The notes under the pieces were generated by a model. It was not told the DNA's origin and did not search any database. It was given only the letters and a program-made list of their open reading frames with translations. The position numbers and the translations under genes were made by a program. Below, in pieces: positions 23,805-38,108 of a DNA stretch of 64,000 nucleotides (position 1 is its first letter; each line of letters begins with the position of its first letter). This stretch comes from Octopus vulgaris (taxonomy: Eukaryota), in contig OX597831.1 of the NCBI GenBank assembly GCA_951406725.2, forward strand, positions 38,192,001-38,256,000. Reading direction: 5' to 3'.

Positions 23805-24940
23805 TCCCAGTTAGCCTTGAGTTCCACACATTTTTTTCCATCAGTGTTGCAGTGCTGGATCCCATTGGTGAAGAGGCTTTCATCCTGTTGATCACAAGAG
23901 ACATCAACAGCAGATATGACGTCATTACAACTGCGTTACTGGTTCCCAGCTTTTTTTCTTTTGTTTTTCATATTGGGAAACAGATGATAGTTAGATGGGG
24001 CCAAATCAGAAGAAGGGGAAGAACGAGCATCTAGTTCAATGTCACAGTCCCACACAGTAGCAACTGAAACCATGGACTGTGTGTTGGAACTTTGTCCTGA
24101 TGAAACAGGACCCCTTTCGTCCGTTTGTCTGGGCATTTGGTCTTCATAGCTTTTCATATCTGATTCTACAAGCTGGCATATTACTTTCTGTAGCCGGTGT
24201 AGCCATTTTGAAGACAATGAAAGGCAGGTGAAGAGCAGTGTTTCCACTACATGGATTGTCTCTTTGTCTATGACTCACATTAGTGAACCCAATACTGATC
24301 TTGACTATGTAAATGTTCAAGGCAACGACCTGGATCTGCCTCAAACATTGTCAGATTTTCCATGAAGTGATGAGGCCGGTGTGCTTTTGATGAGGTGTCA
24401 GAAAACGTGGCACCTACAGAGCAAAGACCTTCGTCATGCCAAGCTCATTGTGGAGAATATTCTCAACTCTCTCACGGGATATACTATTAGCCTTCGTTAT
24501 TTCATTTATTGTCAATCGCTTGTCATCTATCAACATGTGGTAAACGCGATCAATGTTTTCCTCAGTAGTGGCAGTTGCATGACGTGTACACTTCGAGTCA
24601 TCTTCAACACACTCCCTTCCTTTACAAAATTCAGCTGCTCACTTTTGCACTGTTGAGAGAGCTGGAGCGTTATCCTGGAATATAGCAACCATGTTAGTAT
24701 GAATATTATTGGGGGAACCACGATGTCAATCTCTATTTTCCATTTTCCATTTGTCCATTTGCAAGAGGAGTCGCTGCAGGTTACATTTGAATTCTTCTTT
24801 GAATAATCAGATATCAGTTTACTTTGAAAGGCAACAATAATAAAAATCTGAATAAGATGTTGAAATTAATGCTTTCACGATTTCACAGCTCTAGCATCAC
24901 TCCTTCAAAGTCTTCCTACGACTTTTGAAGCCCACCCGCG
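23805..24940 (-). mobile_element. Decayed near-full-length mariner transposon
   Basis: Terminus TA-cgcgggtgggcttcaaaagt. Peptides TTEENIDRV...RERVENILHNELGMTKV and SSDLAPSNYHLFPNMK are present, with many frameshifts. Confidence 0.8.
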
Positions 24941-25517
24941 TAATCATGAAACCAAGCAAATAATGAATAATGAGGTTCCAAATAGCGCTGATGACAAGGC
25001 CGGCCGATCACACAGGAGAAGAAAATATAATGAGTTGAATTTCATTCATATAATAAAGAAAATTATAAGTAAGTAGATGTGGCGTCATCGTATGTTTTAC
25101 ACAAGCTTGCTTGTTCAGTGATCAATTAGCTGGCAGTAGCTAGAGGAAAAAATAAACTGAAATAATTTCAGGAAGTCGGATAGCTTTTAGTGGCTTTTAC
25201 TCGAAAAGAGCAAATTGCATGAGTGTGTATGACATGAAAAGTTGTCGATAAAAGCTTACATAAACTGTACTCTCTTATGCTCGCAGAAAAGCACACAAAC
25301 AAAAGTACAAAAGAGTTTGTGTTTGTGTGTCGGCTACTGTGTGTGTATGTGTGTGTGTTTGCGTATGTGTGTGTCTCCTTATGAATGTGTATGTGTGTGT
25401 GTGTATTTATATAAAGAGGGAGAGAAAGTGAGAATTTCAGTCAGAAAAATAGAGAGACAGAGATGGCGTGTAAGAGAAGACAGTGATATTGATAATAAAC
25501 GATGGCTGTAATATATA

Positions 25518-26403
25518 CGAGTGGATACCGGAAAGAAACCGGAATTTTGCAGTAGCATTTTATTCATTTAGTTTTACTTGTTTACACTTTTATCCCCTAC
25601 AAACCTATTCTCCAGTTGAAGCAATGCATCAGTCCACGTGCGTTTTCCACTGTTCGAAACAGTGCAGGAACATTTGGAAAGTGATGCCTTTTAACGCCTC
25701 CGTCGTTTTTCCCTTTCATCTCTTTCATATCTGCAAATTCCGTGGTACCAGGTTCTATCACCAGTGAAGAACTGAGAAAATAGGCCCGGATCAACTTCTA
25801 GCTGTTCTTTCAGTTCACGACTCGCATTCAATCATGACCCCTTTTGATCTTCCATGAGCAAGCGAGGAACATATTTTGCTGCAACTCATTTCATTTGCAA
25901 TTCCTCGCTCAGAATTCGTTGGCTGGAGCTCCGGGACGCACCCGCCATATCAACAAGTGCGTCAATTGTTCGGTGACGGTCTTCCAAGATCATTTCAGGA
26001 GTTCTCTTGGTGTTTTCATTCGTTCGGGATGTCGATGATTAACCTGAAAGAGGTTGGTTTTCAAGCGACAAATGACCATTCCTAAAGCGTGGAAACCACT
26101 CGTAAACTTATCTTTTGCTCTTGGCAGCGACCTTGAAGACTGTTTGAAGCACGAACACTGTTACAGCTGCCGTTTTCCCCAACAGAAAATAGAATTTCGT
26201 TTCAGTCATCGCAAAAATTGACAAACACGGGAGAAACACTGCAAGACAAAGACACAGCACGTGGCAGTACGACTTCATCCGATGGTACCATTCGGCAGAG
26301 TTATGACTGAAAGTCCCATCAAGTGGCTTCTACCGGCGGAGGCCTGAGCTACAACGAGTTTGTCCACAGAGAAGGTTTCCGTTTACTTTTGGGTAACCCC
26401 TCG
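25518..26403 (-). mobile_element. Internally deleted mariner element
   Basis: Imperfect TIRs cgagtggataccggaaagaaaccggaa / ttccgtttacttttgggtaacccctcg with TA. Peptides VYEWFPRFRNG, QRILSEELQMK*VAAKYVPRLL and CFEQWK are present. Confidence 0.82.
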
Positions 26404-26603
26404 TATATACAAGAGAATTTATAAAACGCAAACCTTGCTATAATTTTCAACATGGTATGGTAATAATATGATAAAATCCTGAGTGTGTATTAGTACTATC
26501 TGATATCTTTCAAAAAAGAATTATCGAGGCAAAGCCGATTCACGTCAGTATCAGACTGGCTTTTGCAAATGTATAAAGTGCTTTAGCACAGTAAAATAAG
26601 GTA

Positions 26604-26649
<46 letters not shown>

Positions 26650-27529
26650 GCGTATCATACAAGGTTTTTCTAGTGTAAAATACAGTTTTAAAATGCTCTG
26701 CAAGTTTTGCGGGGATTAAAAAGAGGTAACAACTTTCTATTTTGCTTATTCTGGAGAACCATCATAAAAATCATATCTATTTTCGAATAATAAAGAGATT
26801 TTTAACGATAATCCGTAATGTATGGCATCGATGAAGAAGATACGATGGACCATAGGGAGCCTACATAATGTTATCTTACATCATGAGTGAGCCGGAAAAT
26901 GCTGTTTTACATTCAATATCATTTTTATTTTTTCCTATTCAATATAGCAGCATATCTAAAAGTGGAATGTGCTTTGTATGTCAATATGAGACTAACGCGT
27001 TTTGTATATTGAATTTTTTTTCTTTCTTATATTTTAGAATGTTCTTTTTTTTTTTTCTCTTTATCTTTTTTCCTTATGCAGTTCTAGAACAACAACAGAG
27101 GATATAGCATTAGCCTTGAATTCAGCTTTTTACTCTCTTGCTACGCCTGTTTCGGCTTTATTTCTTTTTAACTATTGAAGCTACTTCCAAAGACAGCTAC
27201 TCTTCTACTTCAACTGAAGGAAGTGATATGCAATAGAATGAAGACCAAGCAAAATTGTGAATAAATAAATAGATAAATAAATGAATAAATAAGCGAGTAA
27301 ATAAAGAAGGAATGAATGAATGAATGAATGAATAAAAATAGGAGTCTGTCAACAAAATATATACCATTTATTCATGGATAAGATGCAAATCAAAAATATT
27401 TTGATAATTTCTTAGTTGCATAACTCCTATTTGAATCTAATCACGTAGAAATATGCCTAAAGGCGTTCCAGCAATGCCCATCATGTACAATTTGCTATTC
27501 ATACGTAATGTAACTGGCATGATAAAATT

Positions 27530-28173
27530 GGCATTCTGTCGGATACGACGATGAGGGTTCTAATTCATCACTGGAACAGCCTGCTCGGGAAATTAATGAG
27601 CAATTGGCTAAGCACTGAACAGAGACGCGTTATCGTAGTTAAGGGTCACAAAGAATGTGACAAAGCTGGCCCTTTCAAATACAGATATTACTCATTTTTG
27701 CCAGCTGAGTGGACTGGAGCAACGTGAAATAAAGTGTCTTACTCTTTTACTCTATTACTTGCTTCAGTCATTTGACTGCGGCCATGGTGGAGCAACGCCC
27801 TTAGTCGAGCAAATCGACCACAGGACTTATTCTATCGGCCTCTTTTGCCAAACCGCTAAGTTACGGGGACATAAACATACCAGCATCGGTTATCAAGTGA
27901 TGTTGGTGGGACAAACACAGACACAAACATATACACACACATACATATATATATATACATATATACGACGGGCTTCTTTCAGTTTCCGTCTACCAAATCC
28001 ACTTACAAGGCTTTGGTCGGCCCGAGGTTATAGTAGAAGACACTTGTGCAAGATGCCACGCAGTGGGACTGAAACAGAACCATGTGGTTTGTAAGCGATC
28101 TACTTACTACACAGCCACTCCTGCGCTCCAGAACACAAACGCATCATCAAATACCCTAACCACTAAGCCACGC
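27530..28173 (-). mobile_element. SINE family C split by a nested SINE A insertion
   Basis: actcatttttgccagctgagtggactggagcaacgtgaaataaagtgtctt stops at 27740 and resumes as gctccagaacac...ccctaaccactaagccacgc at ~28125; compare 43131-43280. Confidence 0.75.
27741..28126 (-). mobile_element. Full-length SINE family A (nested)
   Basis: Homologous to 13988-14404. Confidence 0.9.
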
Positions 28174-28284
28174 AGGCTAATGAAATAAGAGATTAAGATA
28201 TTAAACAGACGATCATAGCAGTAACAAGTTCTGGTGACCTTGATGATTACCATCGATTTTTGTCTGCATTAACGACCATCTCTA

Positions 28285-28397
28285 TTTCGTGAAATGAAGT
28301 GTTTTGCTCAAGAATGCAACGCGTCCCCTGGTCCAGTAATTGAAACCACAATATTACGATCATGATGCTGACACCCTAACCAGCCAGCCACGCGCCT

Positions 28398-28400
<3 letters not shown>
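28285..28400 (-). mobile_element. SINE family C, 5' part
   Basis: gtgaaatgaagtgttttgctcaagaa...accctaaccagccagccacgcgcctt. Confidence 0.7.
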
Positions 28401-28688
<288 letters not shown>

Positions 28689-29118
28689 CTGTATGCATGT
28701 GCAATATGCATTTTAAAGAAAATCGTACGGACATCTCTCATATGTTTATGCAAATATGAGAGGAAAATTATTTAAATAAAACTATAGCGATGTATGTTTG
28801 TTGTTGATGGTATTGTCATCGCTGTTGGTGTTCTTATTTGTGTTACAACACTGTTTGTCGTACTTGTATGGAAGTCATTAGATAGTTAGCTTCAGAATTC
28901 GTTTTTCAGTGTTTGTGTTTATACAAAACATTGTTCAGAATGCATACTCTAAACGCTGCATATTATTTTAAAATTTAATGTCGTTCGCTCGGTATGCATA
29001 CAATTCTAGAATCACAACACGATGTTTCTTTGCAACATACACACATCATCGCTCACATATTTACATGTGTATGTATGTGTGTGCATATATATATATATTT
29101 ATATCCTATACACACACA

Positions 29119-29164
<46 letters not shown>

Positions 29165-29346
29165 AATATATAACTGTGTGTTTCTAAGCCTGCCCCACTT
29201 TTTTTATAAAGTTCCTTTCAAAATTTTAGTTTGCATTGAAACATTTGTACAGCTGTTAGGTTCTTAGTGATTCGATTATAGATACAATTTTTTTCACTCT
29301 TCTCTCTTCAGAATTTCCTGGATAAAAATCGGGAATTACTAACCGT

Positions 29347-29390
29347 TATATATATACATATACATATATATATGTGTGTATATATACATA

Positions 29391-29450
<60 letters not shown>

Positions 29451-29555
29451 ATGTATATATGTATATGTATATATGTATATATATGTATGTATATATATAT
29501 GTACATATATATATATATGTATCTCTGCCTCTTTCACTCTATCTCTCTCTCTCCC

Positions 29556-29640
<85 letters not shown>

Positions 29641-29682
29641 TTAGATAGATAGAGAGATAGATAGATAGATAGATAGATAGAT
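29347..29682. repeat. Compound (TA)n/(TG)n/(GATA)n microsatellite
   Basis: Directly visible. Confidence 0.93.
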
Positions 29683-31012
29683 ACATGTTTGTATATAGCC
29701 ATATGTATACGTTCATCCTTACAGGTTTGCATATATATATATAAATAGAAATATATCGGTATTCTATAACAAATGCACACAGGAACATGTACGTAGATGT
29801 AGTATATATACCCTCATAAAAACTACTACATTCGTATACACACTCTTTTTACGCACATATGTATGAAAATTATACACGGGTACGAAGGTTTTGTAAACAA
29901 TAAACGAAATGCACTGTTTGTTTTGTTGTAAGTCCTTCTATAAATTTCCGTCAGATACAAGCTTTTAATGGCGTTCTGAAGACCACTCACATCCATATGA
30001 TATCGCTGCTGTTGCTTATGATGTTGTTGGTGTTATTATTTCACTCAAAGTCATTTCCATCTGAACAGTGACATAACCAAATATTTTCATACATTTCCAA
30101 TAATAACAATCTGTGTAGAATATCATCATTTCATGTGCCGTTTATTTATTTTTTTATCCTTTATGATCAGCAGAAAATAATGGATGGGTTTGCTATACCT
30201 GGGTATAACAATTACCAGCACAATTGCCGATCATTCGATGCAGGTATATCTGCAATCAGGCGTTTTAAATTTCTCTCGAATCATTCTGTCTCTCATCGTC
30301 TCCCTTGCTTCCCCCTCTCACGCTCCCTCTCTAACTCTCCCACACCTCTCTCTCTCTCTCTATTTATCAATATCCCTATCTGTCTCTCTGTATATGTACG
30401 TTTGCTGATTTCTCTCTCTTCTATTCTCTATCCTTTCTCTCTCCACCTATTTATTTCTGCTCTCACATGTCTTTGTGAATCGGCGCGAACTGCTCTGTGT
30501 GTTTCGCTTGCAGCGCTAAAGAAGTGCTGCCGCTAAAACAGGCTCAATGCCTAACTGGCCGTGTCAAATAATCTACACCCAAATAGCAGCACCCATTCAT
30601 CTCATTCCAAAAATTTACTCTTTAGAATTAATCTAGACTTAAAAGAGAAGGTATTCGAATGAACTGAACATACAGGAACATATTTTACAACGTGGATAAC
30701 TACCCAGTCTTATTAAATTGTTGATGCAAAGAGAACTAATATACACATCATTATATGCATCTATACAAGATCTGATTTTGATGATAGTCCTTCACGCAAA
30801 ATAATTTTTTTATACCTATACCAGCAATGACATACATTTAGCCAGAACAACTTGGAGAAAGCAAAGAGGAGGAGTAGGGTATGCATCATACATAAGCATA
30901 AACAAAGGCAATACATAACTTCAACGGGTATATATACAAATGTGTAGCACCCTATGCCTCTGAGACGTGCAAAAGGATAAAAGAATAAAAGAATTTGTAT
31001 ATATATTACTTC

Positions 31013-31242
31013 CTTTACTCGTCCATTTGCTTCAGTCACCCTACGGTGGTCATTCTGGATCACAGCCTTAAAGTGTTTTTAGTTCAAGAAACCGACACCA
31101 AGAGTTATTCTTTGCAAGACTACTACTTATCCTATCCATTTCTCTTGCCGAACTGCTAAGTTACAGGGACATAGACACACAACCATCGGTTGTAGAGCAA
31201 TGTCACGGAGAAAACCGCAGACTCAAACATAAATACACACGC

Positions 31243-31287
<45 letters not shown>

Positions 31288-31446
31288 GGTTTCTTTCAGT
31301 TCCCGTCATTCAAATCCATTAACAAGTCCTTGGTCGACCCTCGGCTACAATAAAATGATACTTGCAAAAGGTGCCACGCAGCGGGATTGAACCCGGAACT
31401 ATGTGGTTGGGAATCAACCTTTTTCTCTTAAAGCCACACATCCGCT
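31013..31446 (-). mobile_element. Diverged full-length SINE family A
   Basis: Collinear with 13988-14404, with many substitutions. Confidence 0.82.
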
Positions 31447-32291
31447 TATATATATATATATATATGGATAGATGGATGGATATACATATATACATATGTG
31501 TGTATGTGTGTATAACTTAGCCGTATAATGCTATAATCAAAGCCTTGTCTTCTTGAAGCCCATCTGTTTATTCCAGTATTCTGTAAGTTTTATGAACACG
31601 TCATATTTGTGTGTCCTGTCCAGAGGAGCTGAAAGACAAAACGTGAAAAATATTTTTGCAGAATAATGACCTATCAAACTTAGATATTCGAAACACATCT
31701 CGTATCGTAGATTACTAACAGGTGTAACAAAATTGTAATCATGACTCCAGACGTCAATATCTTATAAGCTCCATTTACGGGTTGAATATGTTTCTCAAGA
31801 GTGGAGGAGAGCCCCATTAATTTTACACAAGACTTTGAATTTTTCAAAGAGGTAGCTCTTCTAAGAGCTACCTGTTTAAAAATAGAACCAATCATCTTGA
31901 AATGTTTTAAAAAAGTAGTATGGTGACAGAGAAAGTGGAAATGTTTGCTACAAACTTAGGTCACTAAAATGCAGTGACTTTCCACTGCCCCACTACCGTT
32001 TTATTATTTTTATATATTACTATGTATTACATAAATTACATAATGTCATTTGGCGATGGATGCGTTGCGTAAAAAGCTATATCTGCGCAAATGCAAGTAT
32101 GAAAATAAATGAGAATAATCAGGTTGAATACGAGAAAGTAATCATCTGACACGATGAGGCAATAATCATTATATATATATATAGTATATGATCATAATAA
32201 GCAAGAAGGATATCCAAGGTACTGTAGTACAATCGTTTCATGGTGCCTTTAACTTAAGTACCATATTAATCTGAATCTAAATTTTGCTGAA

Positions 32292-32337
<46 letters not shown>

Positions 32338-33170
32338 CATTCATTTCTTACAGGAAATGCTGGTTTTTCCTTTAGTCAGCAGATATGTAATCGAAGACCA
32401 TTTTATTTTATTTCTTTTTATTTGCCTATTTTTGTTTTTTCACTGAGTTGATCTTGTACTCGGTCCAGACAAAGAGTATGCAGAAGACAACATTATGCAA
32501 TGTCTACTTCCTTTTTCGTTCATTTTGTTGTTTTTTTTCTTTTCTGATACCACACTATGATTGGAAATGGTGTCGTTGCTATTTCTGAAAGCCAGAGCAA
32601 TAACATAAGCTAACTCATTGTCTGGTGGTTTATTCAAAAGATTTATGGTACTTTTGATGAGAATCTTTGCACCTAACAATATATATCTCTGCAGACATGT
32701 TTGTCTTGCATAAAGTCAATTCTCATCCATTTTTGTTTTCCATCTTTTTTGTTATTATTTTTGTTATTTTTTTCTTTCTGTTGTTGTTTTCTTTTTTTTT
32801 ACTACAGCTTTTCTATAGAATATGTCAGCTGTTTACCGAGAGTTCCACAACTTTTACTATTCAACGATCAGATGGTTAAAGCAGATATATAATAGATTTA
32901 TCAGCAAAAACATAGTTATAGTGTAATATGGAGAAGCAATAAAAACAGTTTAGTATATTCTACTAGTACGATTAATACTCTTACTTCTGCTACCAGTACT
33001 ACCAGCATAAATGAAGCGTGTTTGTCTATGTTATTATTTTCGTATCCTTTGTACCAAGTGTGTATTTTATTTATATTTTATTCACAAATTTTATTAAACT
33101 GTTGGAACAGATTTTGTTCATAAGATTCATACGTAGCAGACACAGCATCCATACTGTCTTCAAACATGTG

Positions 33171-33238
<68 letters not shown>

Positions 33239-33242
33239 TGTA

Positions 33243-33305
<63 letters not shown>

Positions 33306-33464
33306 GTATATATATATGTATACATATATATTTACGCTTACTTTAACATTTAGTCGAGTTCGTACATTAATCTATGAACTCATATACAAGTCTTTTGAGC
33401 ACACGCACACACATGTATATATATATACATACATATATATGTGCAAATATATATGTGTCTGTAC

Positions 33465-33521
<57 letters not shown>

Positions 33522-33890
33522 CGTTGTTTGCTGTGTGTAATATTAGAGGTACTTTCAATACTATTGAATATAGAACAGAGCACTCTATAGATTATCATCA
33601 TGCTGTCTACTTCAAATAAAGTAGGGTGGTTACTACTGCACTGGGAAGTATTACCGCACTGAGGAGTATAAATGCACAGACGAAATTTAGATGTAATAAC
33701 ATAAACACAAACTGCAGTGCAGTTTTATACCATTTCTGCACTACGCCCGTTTCGCCCGAATGGCAAAATATGCGTAGGTGAAATAAGCTGCACCTTGTGT
33801 TTAACATAATCCTCTCCTTATATACATATGTGTGTGTATGCGTGCGTGCGTGTATGTATGTGTGTGTGTGTGTGTTTATGTGTGTGTGGC

Positions 33891-33922
<32 letters not shown>

Positions 33923-34351
33923 TGTGTGTGCATATATGCAGTGTATTAGTTGACTGCCACTGCGGAGCTTTGGTGTGGGAGGTTTATCATTTCGTGATTG
34001 TTGATAGCATACAATACTTTCGTATTTCCCGTGTGGGTATGCGAGTGCTTTTAATCGTTATAAGTTTGTATTGCCAAAATCACCAATCATTTACTGACTT
34101 AGGCTCAGACGTTCTTTCATATTAGTATTTTCTTGGATTTTATTTTATTCTAGGCTCAGTCGTGGGTACGTGGAAGGAAGTTTCCTTCCCAAACGTAGTT
34201 ATTGCGTCTTGCTTCCTCTTCACTTTCTTAATTTTACTTCTTTTTTCTTTTCACATCTTTACTTACATGTATGTAGGTCATTATTCAGTTTTATATCAAG
34301 ATTTCTCGCCAATATAGAAAGAGCCGGTTTCTAATATATATATATATATAT

Positions 34352-34556
34352 ACAAAATGGAAAAAGAACGCAAAACATTCAATCGACGATACAAAAAACG
34401 CGAACGGGTCATTCGAAGCCTCTAATCTTCAGTCAAGAACCGGATCATCCTCGAAATTTCGGCTGATTAATCATGAGATTGCTCCAATCTGGTCAGCCCA
34501 AGGAAAAACTAAGCTACGAACATTAGATTTCTTGGAAAAAGGATCGAATGTGAACG
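34352..34556. mobile_element. Dispersed TA-associated repeat (family shared with 50188-50480)
   Basis: cagcccaaggaaaaactaagctacgaacattagatttcttggaaaaa matches 50189-50240; flanked by TA repeats. Confidence 0.55.
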
Positions 34557-34619
34557 TATGTTTGTATTATATATATATGTATGCATGTATGTATGTGTGT
34601 ATGTATGTATGTATGTATG

Positions 34620-34653
<34 letters not shown>

Positions 34654-34684
34654 TGTATGTATGTATGTATGTATGTATGTATGT

Positions 34685-34853
34685 GTACGACGGGCGTCTT
34701 CAGTTTCCGCCTTGTAAATACACTCAAGATTTCTGCTGATCAGGACATCCAGGAATATTATAGAAGACACCTTCCAAAGTGCAGGCACGATGCTGAGCCC
34801 CGAATCGTGAAGTTGGAAAGGAAACTTCCTGCCACGTAGCCAAGCTTGCGCCT
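34685..34853 (-). mobile_element. Diverged 5' half of SINE family A
   Basis: acgacgggcgtcttcagtttccg...cttgcgcct. Confidence 0.75.
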
Positions 34854-35287
34854 GTAGTAACTAATGTTTACGGAATGAATCATCATTTTGATTCATTTAT
34901 TTTATTGTTTAAACCAATATTCAATTTTTGTCCCACGAGTTGCTATATTGATTTAATTATAAATTTAACTACTTACAAAATCCTATTAAGCCATCAATTC
35001 TACAAGTTTCATTTGATGAATGTTATTCTAGTAATTCTCTTTCAACAACCTTAAGATTCACAGATTTTATTTACATACCAAATAAACATTTTAGACTAGA
35101 AAATTTTGTATATTACGTTATTTGAACAAGCAAACCTAATTTTTTATTCATTTCCATTTCTCCGTTTAATTTTTCTACTTAATGTTAGTATGAGGAAGAA
35201 GGTCGATTAAAAGAATAGTGGTTTAAAGTTCAGTTCATCACCGAGGCACTTTGGCACCTGTTTCCTGTTATATTCCCGACAGGCCGA

Positions 35288-35321
<34 letters not shown>

Positions 35322-35329
<8 letters not shown>

Positions 35330-35532
35330 TAATCCAAACAAGAAATCACAAAAAAAACACAACAACGCGTGGACGTGGAACAAATATAGTATTATTGGAC
35401 ACTCAGGAAAGAAGGACAGATGGAGGGTTTAACGTTTCGAGCGGAGCTCTTCGTCTGAAACATAGGAGAAGGAAAGATCCAGAGAAGGGAATTTAGAGGA
35501 AAAAATCGCCAACGGTATATATCACATTTTGA
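35322..35532 (-). mobile_element. HHR-bearing element, family H1, between TA tracts
   Basis: Homologous to 390-570 and 53620-53835. Confidence 0.72.
35427..35461 (-). ncRNA. Hammerhead ribozyme motif (core CAGACGA, one substitution)
   Basis: Reverse complement reads gttt-CAGACGA-a-GAGC tcc GCTC-GAAA-C-GTT-aaac. Confidence 0.62.
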
Positions 35533-35683
35533 TATATATATATATATATGATCCTTTATAATTTCTGTACAGTACTTACGGAATGAAAAAATATATCTTT
35601 CTACTTCTTCTACAATACATGTCAAAGCTTCAAAAACAAACTTACATTTGTTACACACAAACACACACACACACATACATGTA

Positions 35684-35965
<282 letters not shown>

Positions 35966-35976
35966 ATATATATACA

Positions 35977-36016
<40 letters not shown>

Positions 36017-36389
36017 GATTATAAAATTGCTAACAGACAAAAAAACCATACTATTTTATAGTTTACACTTTTTCGTTTTGAATATCAGCGTCTGAGTTTC
36101 AATGTTTTTCTTATGAGACTGACAGGGGGAGTTGAATTTTATCCTGGGCACGGTAAGATTCACTGATGACGATTAAGATGCTCTACATCAAAACCCGAAA
36201 GCATCGATTTGGCTATATCCACCAGGGGCTTATCTCCCCTTGCCAGTCATTAAGACAGTGCTTTTTGTCTTTTGATTTGTTTTGACATTCATTTGTGGCA
36301 ATACTGGTACTAATGAGTACTCTGTCACGTTAGAGAACGTCTATTAATTTGCCTTTAGGTTGTTACATTGCTAATAAGCCAACCATGTT

Positions 36390-36408
36390 CGTCTTCTTCT
36401 TCTTCTTC

Positions 36409-36478
<70 letters not shown>

Positions 36479-36695
36479 CATTATTATTACTTCATAACAC
36501 ATTTTAGGTAAAAATACACTGGAATCTTTAGTCATCTGTCAAGTCACAACAAGGACCTCAGACAGATAATACGTTCCTTAACATGTGCACTGTGCCCATT
36601 AAGGCTGCTATTTGCAAGATTTCAATCTTTCATGGGAATTACTATTATTATTATGATTATTATTACTATTATTATCATCATCATCATCATCAACA

Positions 36696-36755
<60 letters not shown>
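36390..36755. repeat. (CTT)n/(ATT)n/(CAT)n microsatellite tracts (36390-36490 and 36638-36755)
   Basis: Directly visible. Confidence 0.88.
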
Positions 36756-36756
<1 letters not shown>

Positions 36757-37174
36757 GATGTTTTCATGAGGCTTAAACAACATTAACACCGTACTTTGTT
36801 GGCAAATACACTTTACCATTCAGTACTGTTACTGTATATCTCTCGCTGTGTGACTTAAAACAGGTTGTTTTTCGCTATACTACATTAATGAGTGTGTGTC
36901 GGCTACAGAACACAGAGTGTTTGCGAGTGGAGAAAACTTTCATTAACATCCAGTTATTTTCTCACATTGAGGACGGGTAACCAACCAGAAATCATGGTCT
37001 GTGAGTATTACGTAAGGCTGGAGATGGAGATGAAAGCGATGACCTCCCTTACAAACACTATACCGACACAGACTGTTTGTCGATAGACAGCTGGAAAAGA
37101 TGATTTCCTGACTTAAACAACAGTAACATCGTCCTTTAAAGGACCGCCTCATTTTATTGGCAAAGAAACTTTAC

Positions 37175-37204
<30 letters not shown>

Positions 37205-37209
<5 letters not shown>

Positions 37210-37861
37210 TGCGATTGTTAAATTGTCGCCATATATATTTTTATTCTCGCATCTGCATTGATTGCTTTTGATTTTGTCGACTACACAGTATATTAGGGCC
37301 AGTTGGGCACCGTCTGTGAAATAAACAGCACCATGACGCGATCCACTCTGCCAGAAATTTGGAAACTACATACTGCTCTATCTGGCATTCGCGCCGGAAT
37401 CTACGATATGAACATTTCCAGAGTGTTTGGGTGTCAATCTGAGAACAATGCAGAGTATTCTTCACACAAGCAGGAGAGCCTAGTCATAGCTGTCAAACAA
37501 TTTCTGTGACCACATTATCCCTAACATCTGTGCACCTAACTTCCCAGACTGCAACTCTCTTGATTATTATTTGTGGCCGAGAGACCAACAAAACACCTTG
37601 TCACACCAAAGATGACTGAATACAAGCGTTGTGGCAGCATTCACCAGCTTAAACAAGGGGACCGTTCAGAAGAATTACAGAAGATTCCGAAGTTGTCTGG
37701 GGGCAATTATTGAAACCAATGGCAATTGTATTGAATACTTTTACTCTCTAGTATTTCAAGATATTTTTATGTAATTTTGGTAACTATATTTGTTAAAATG
37801 AGATGTGAGTGTTATTTTCAATTTTGCTTTATGTACGTTACAATTTATTCGGCGCATCTTG
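37205..37861 (+). mobile_element. Internally deleted Tc1/mariner element, DD37D (maT)-like
   Basis: Imperfect TIRs ggtgcg..taaattgtcg / acaatttattcggcgcatcttg; peptide PNICAPNFPDCNSLDYYLW...ETNGNCIE. Confidence 0.7.
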
Positions 37862-37909
37862 CATATACATATAATATTTATAATCATGCGTGTATATATC
37901 CTTTTGATG

Positions 37910-38108
37910 GTTTTTGCCCCCATCACCGCTTGACATCAGTGGATGGTCTGTTTACGTCCTCGAAATTTACCAGTCCGGCAAGAGCATCTGATAGAATAAA
38001 AATTTGATCTTTTGAAAAAATCCGGGGTGTGGAGCGATTTGTTCTACTAGCTCCTTCATGCTTGTCGTGAATGACTCAATCAATGACAGGAATAAAACGC
38101 TAAAAGAT
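37910..38108 (+). mobile_element. Old 3' half of SINE family A
   Basis: gcttgaca...tgtttacgtcc...ggcaa...gatagaataa is collinear with the SINE A 3' half. Confidence 0.55.

Noticed and set aside
33655-33775. CTGAGGA...GAAA on + and a gcc/ggc-GAAACGGGCGTA-gtgc half motif on -
   Set aside because: The + motif lacks stems and the - motif lacks the CUGANGA strand; insufficient without more copies.
36163-36212. CTGATGA...gatg/catc hairpin...GAAA as a hammerhead
   Set aside because: Stem II is not closed next to the core, and there is no convincing stem I or stem III; at best a decayed relic.
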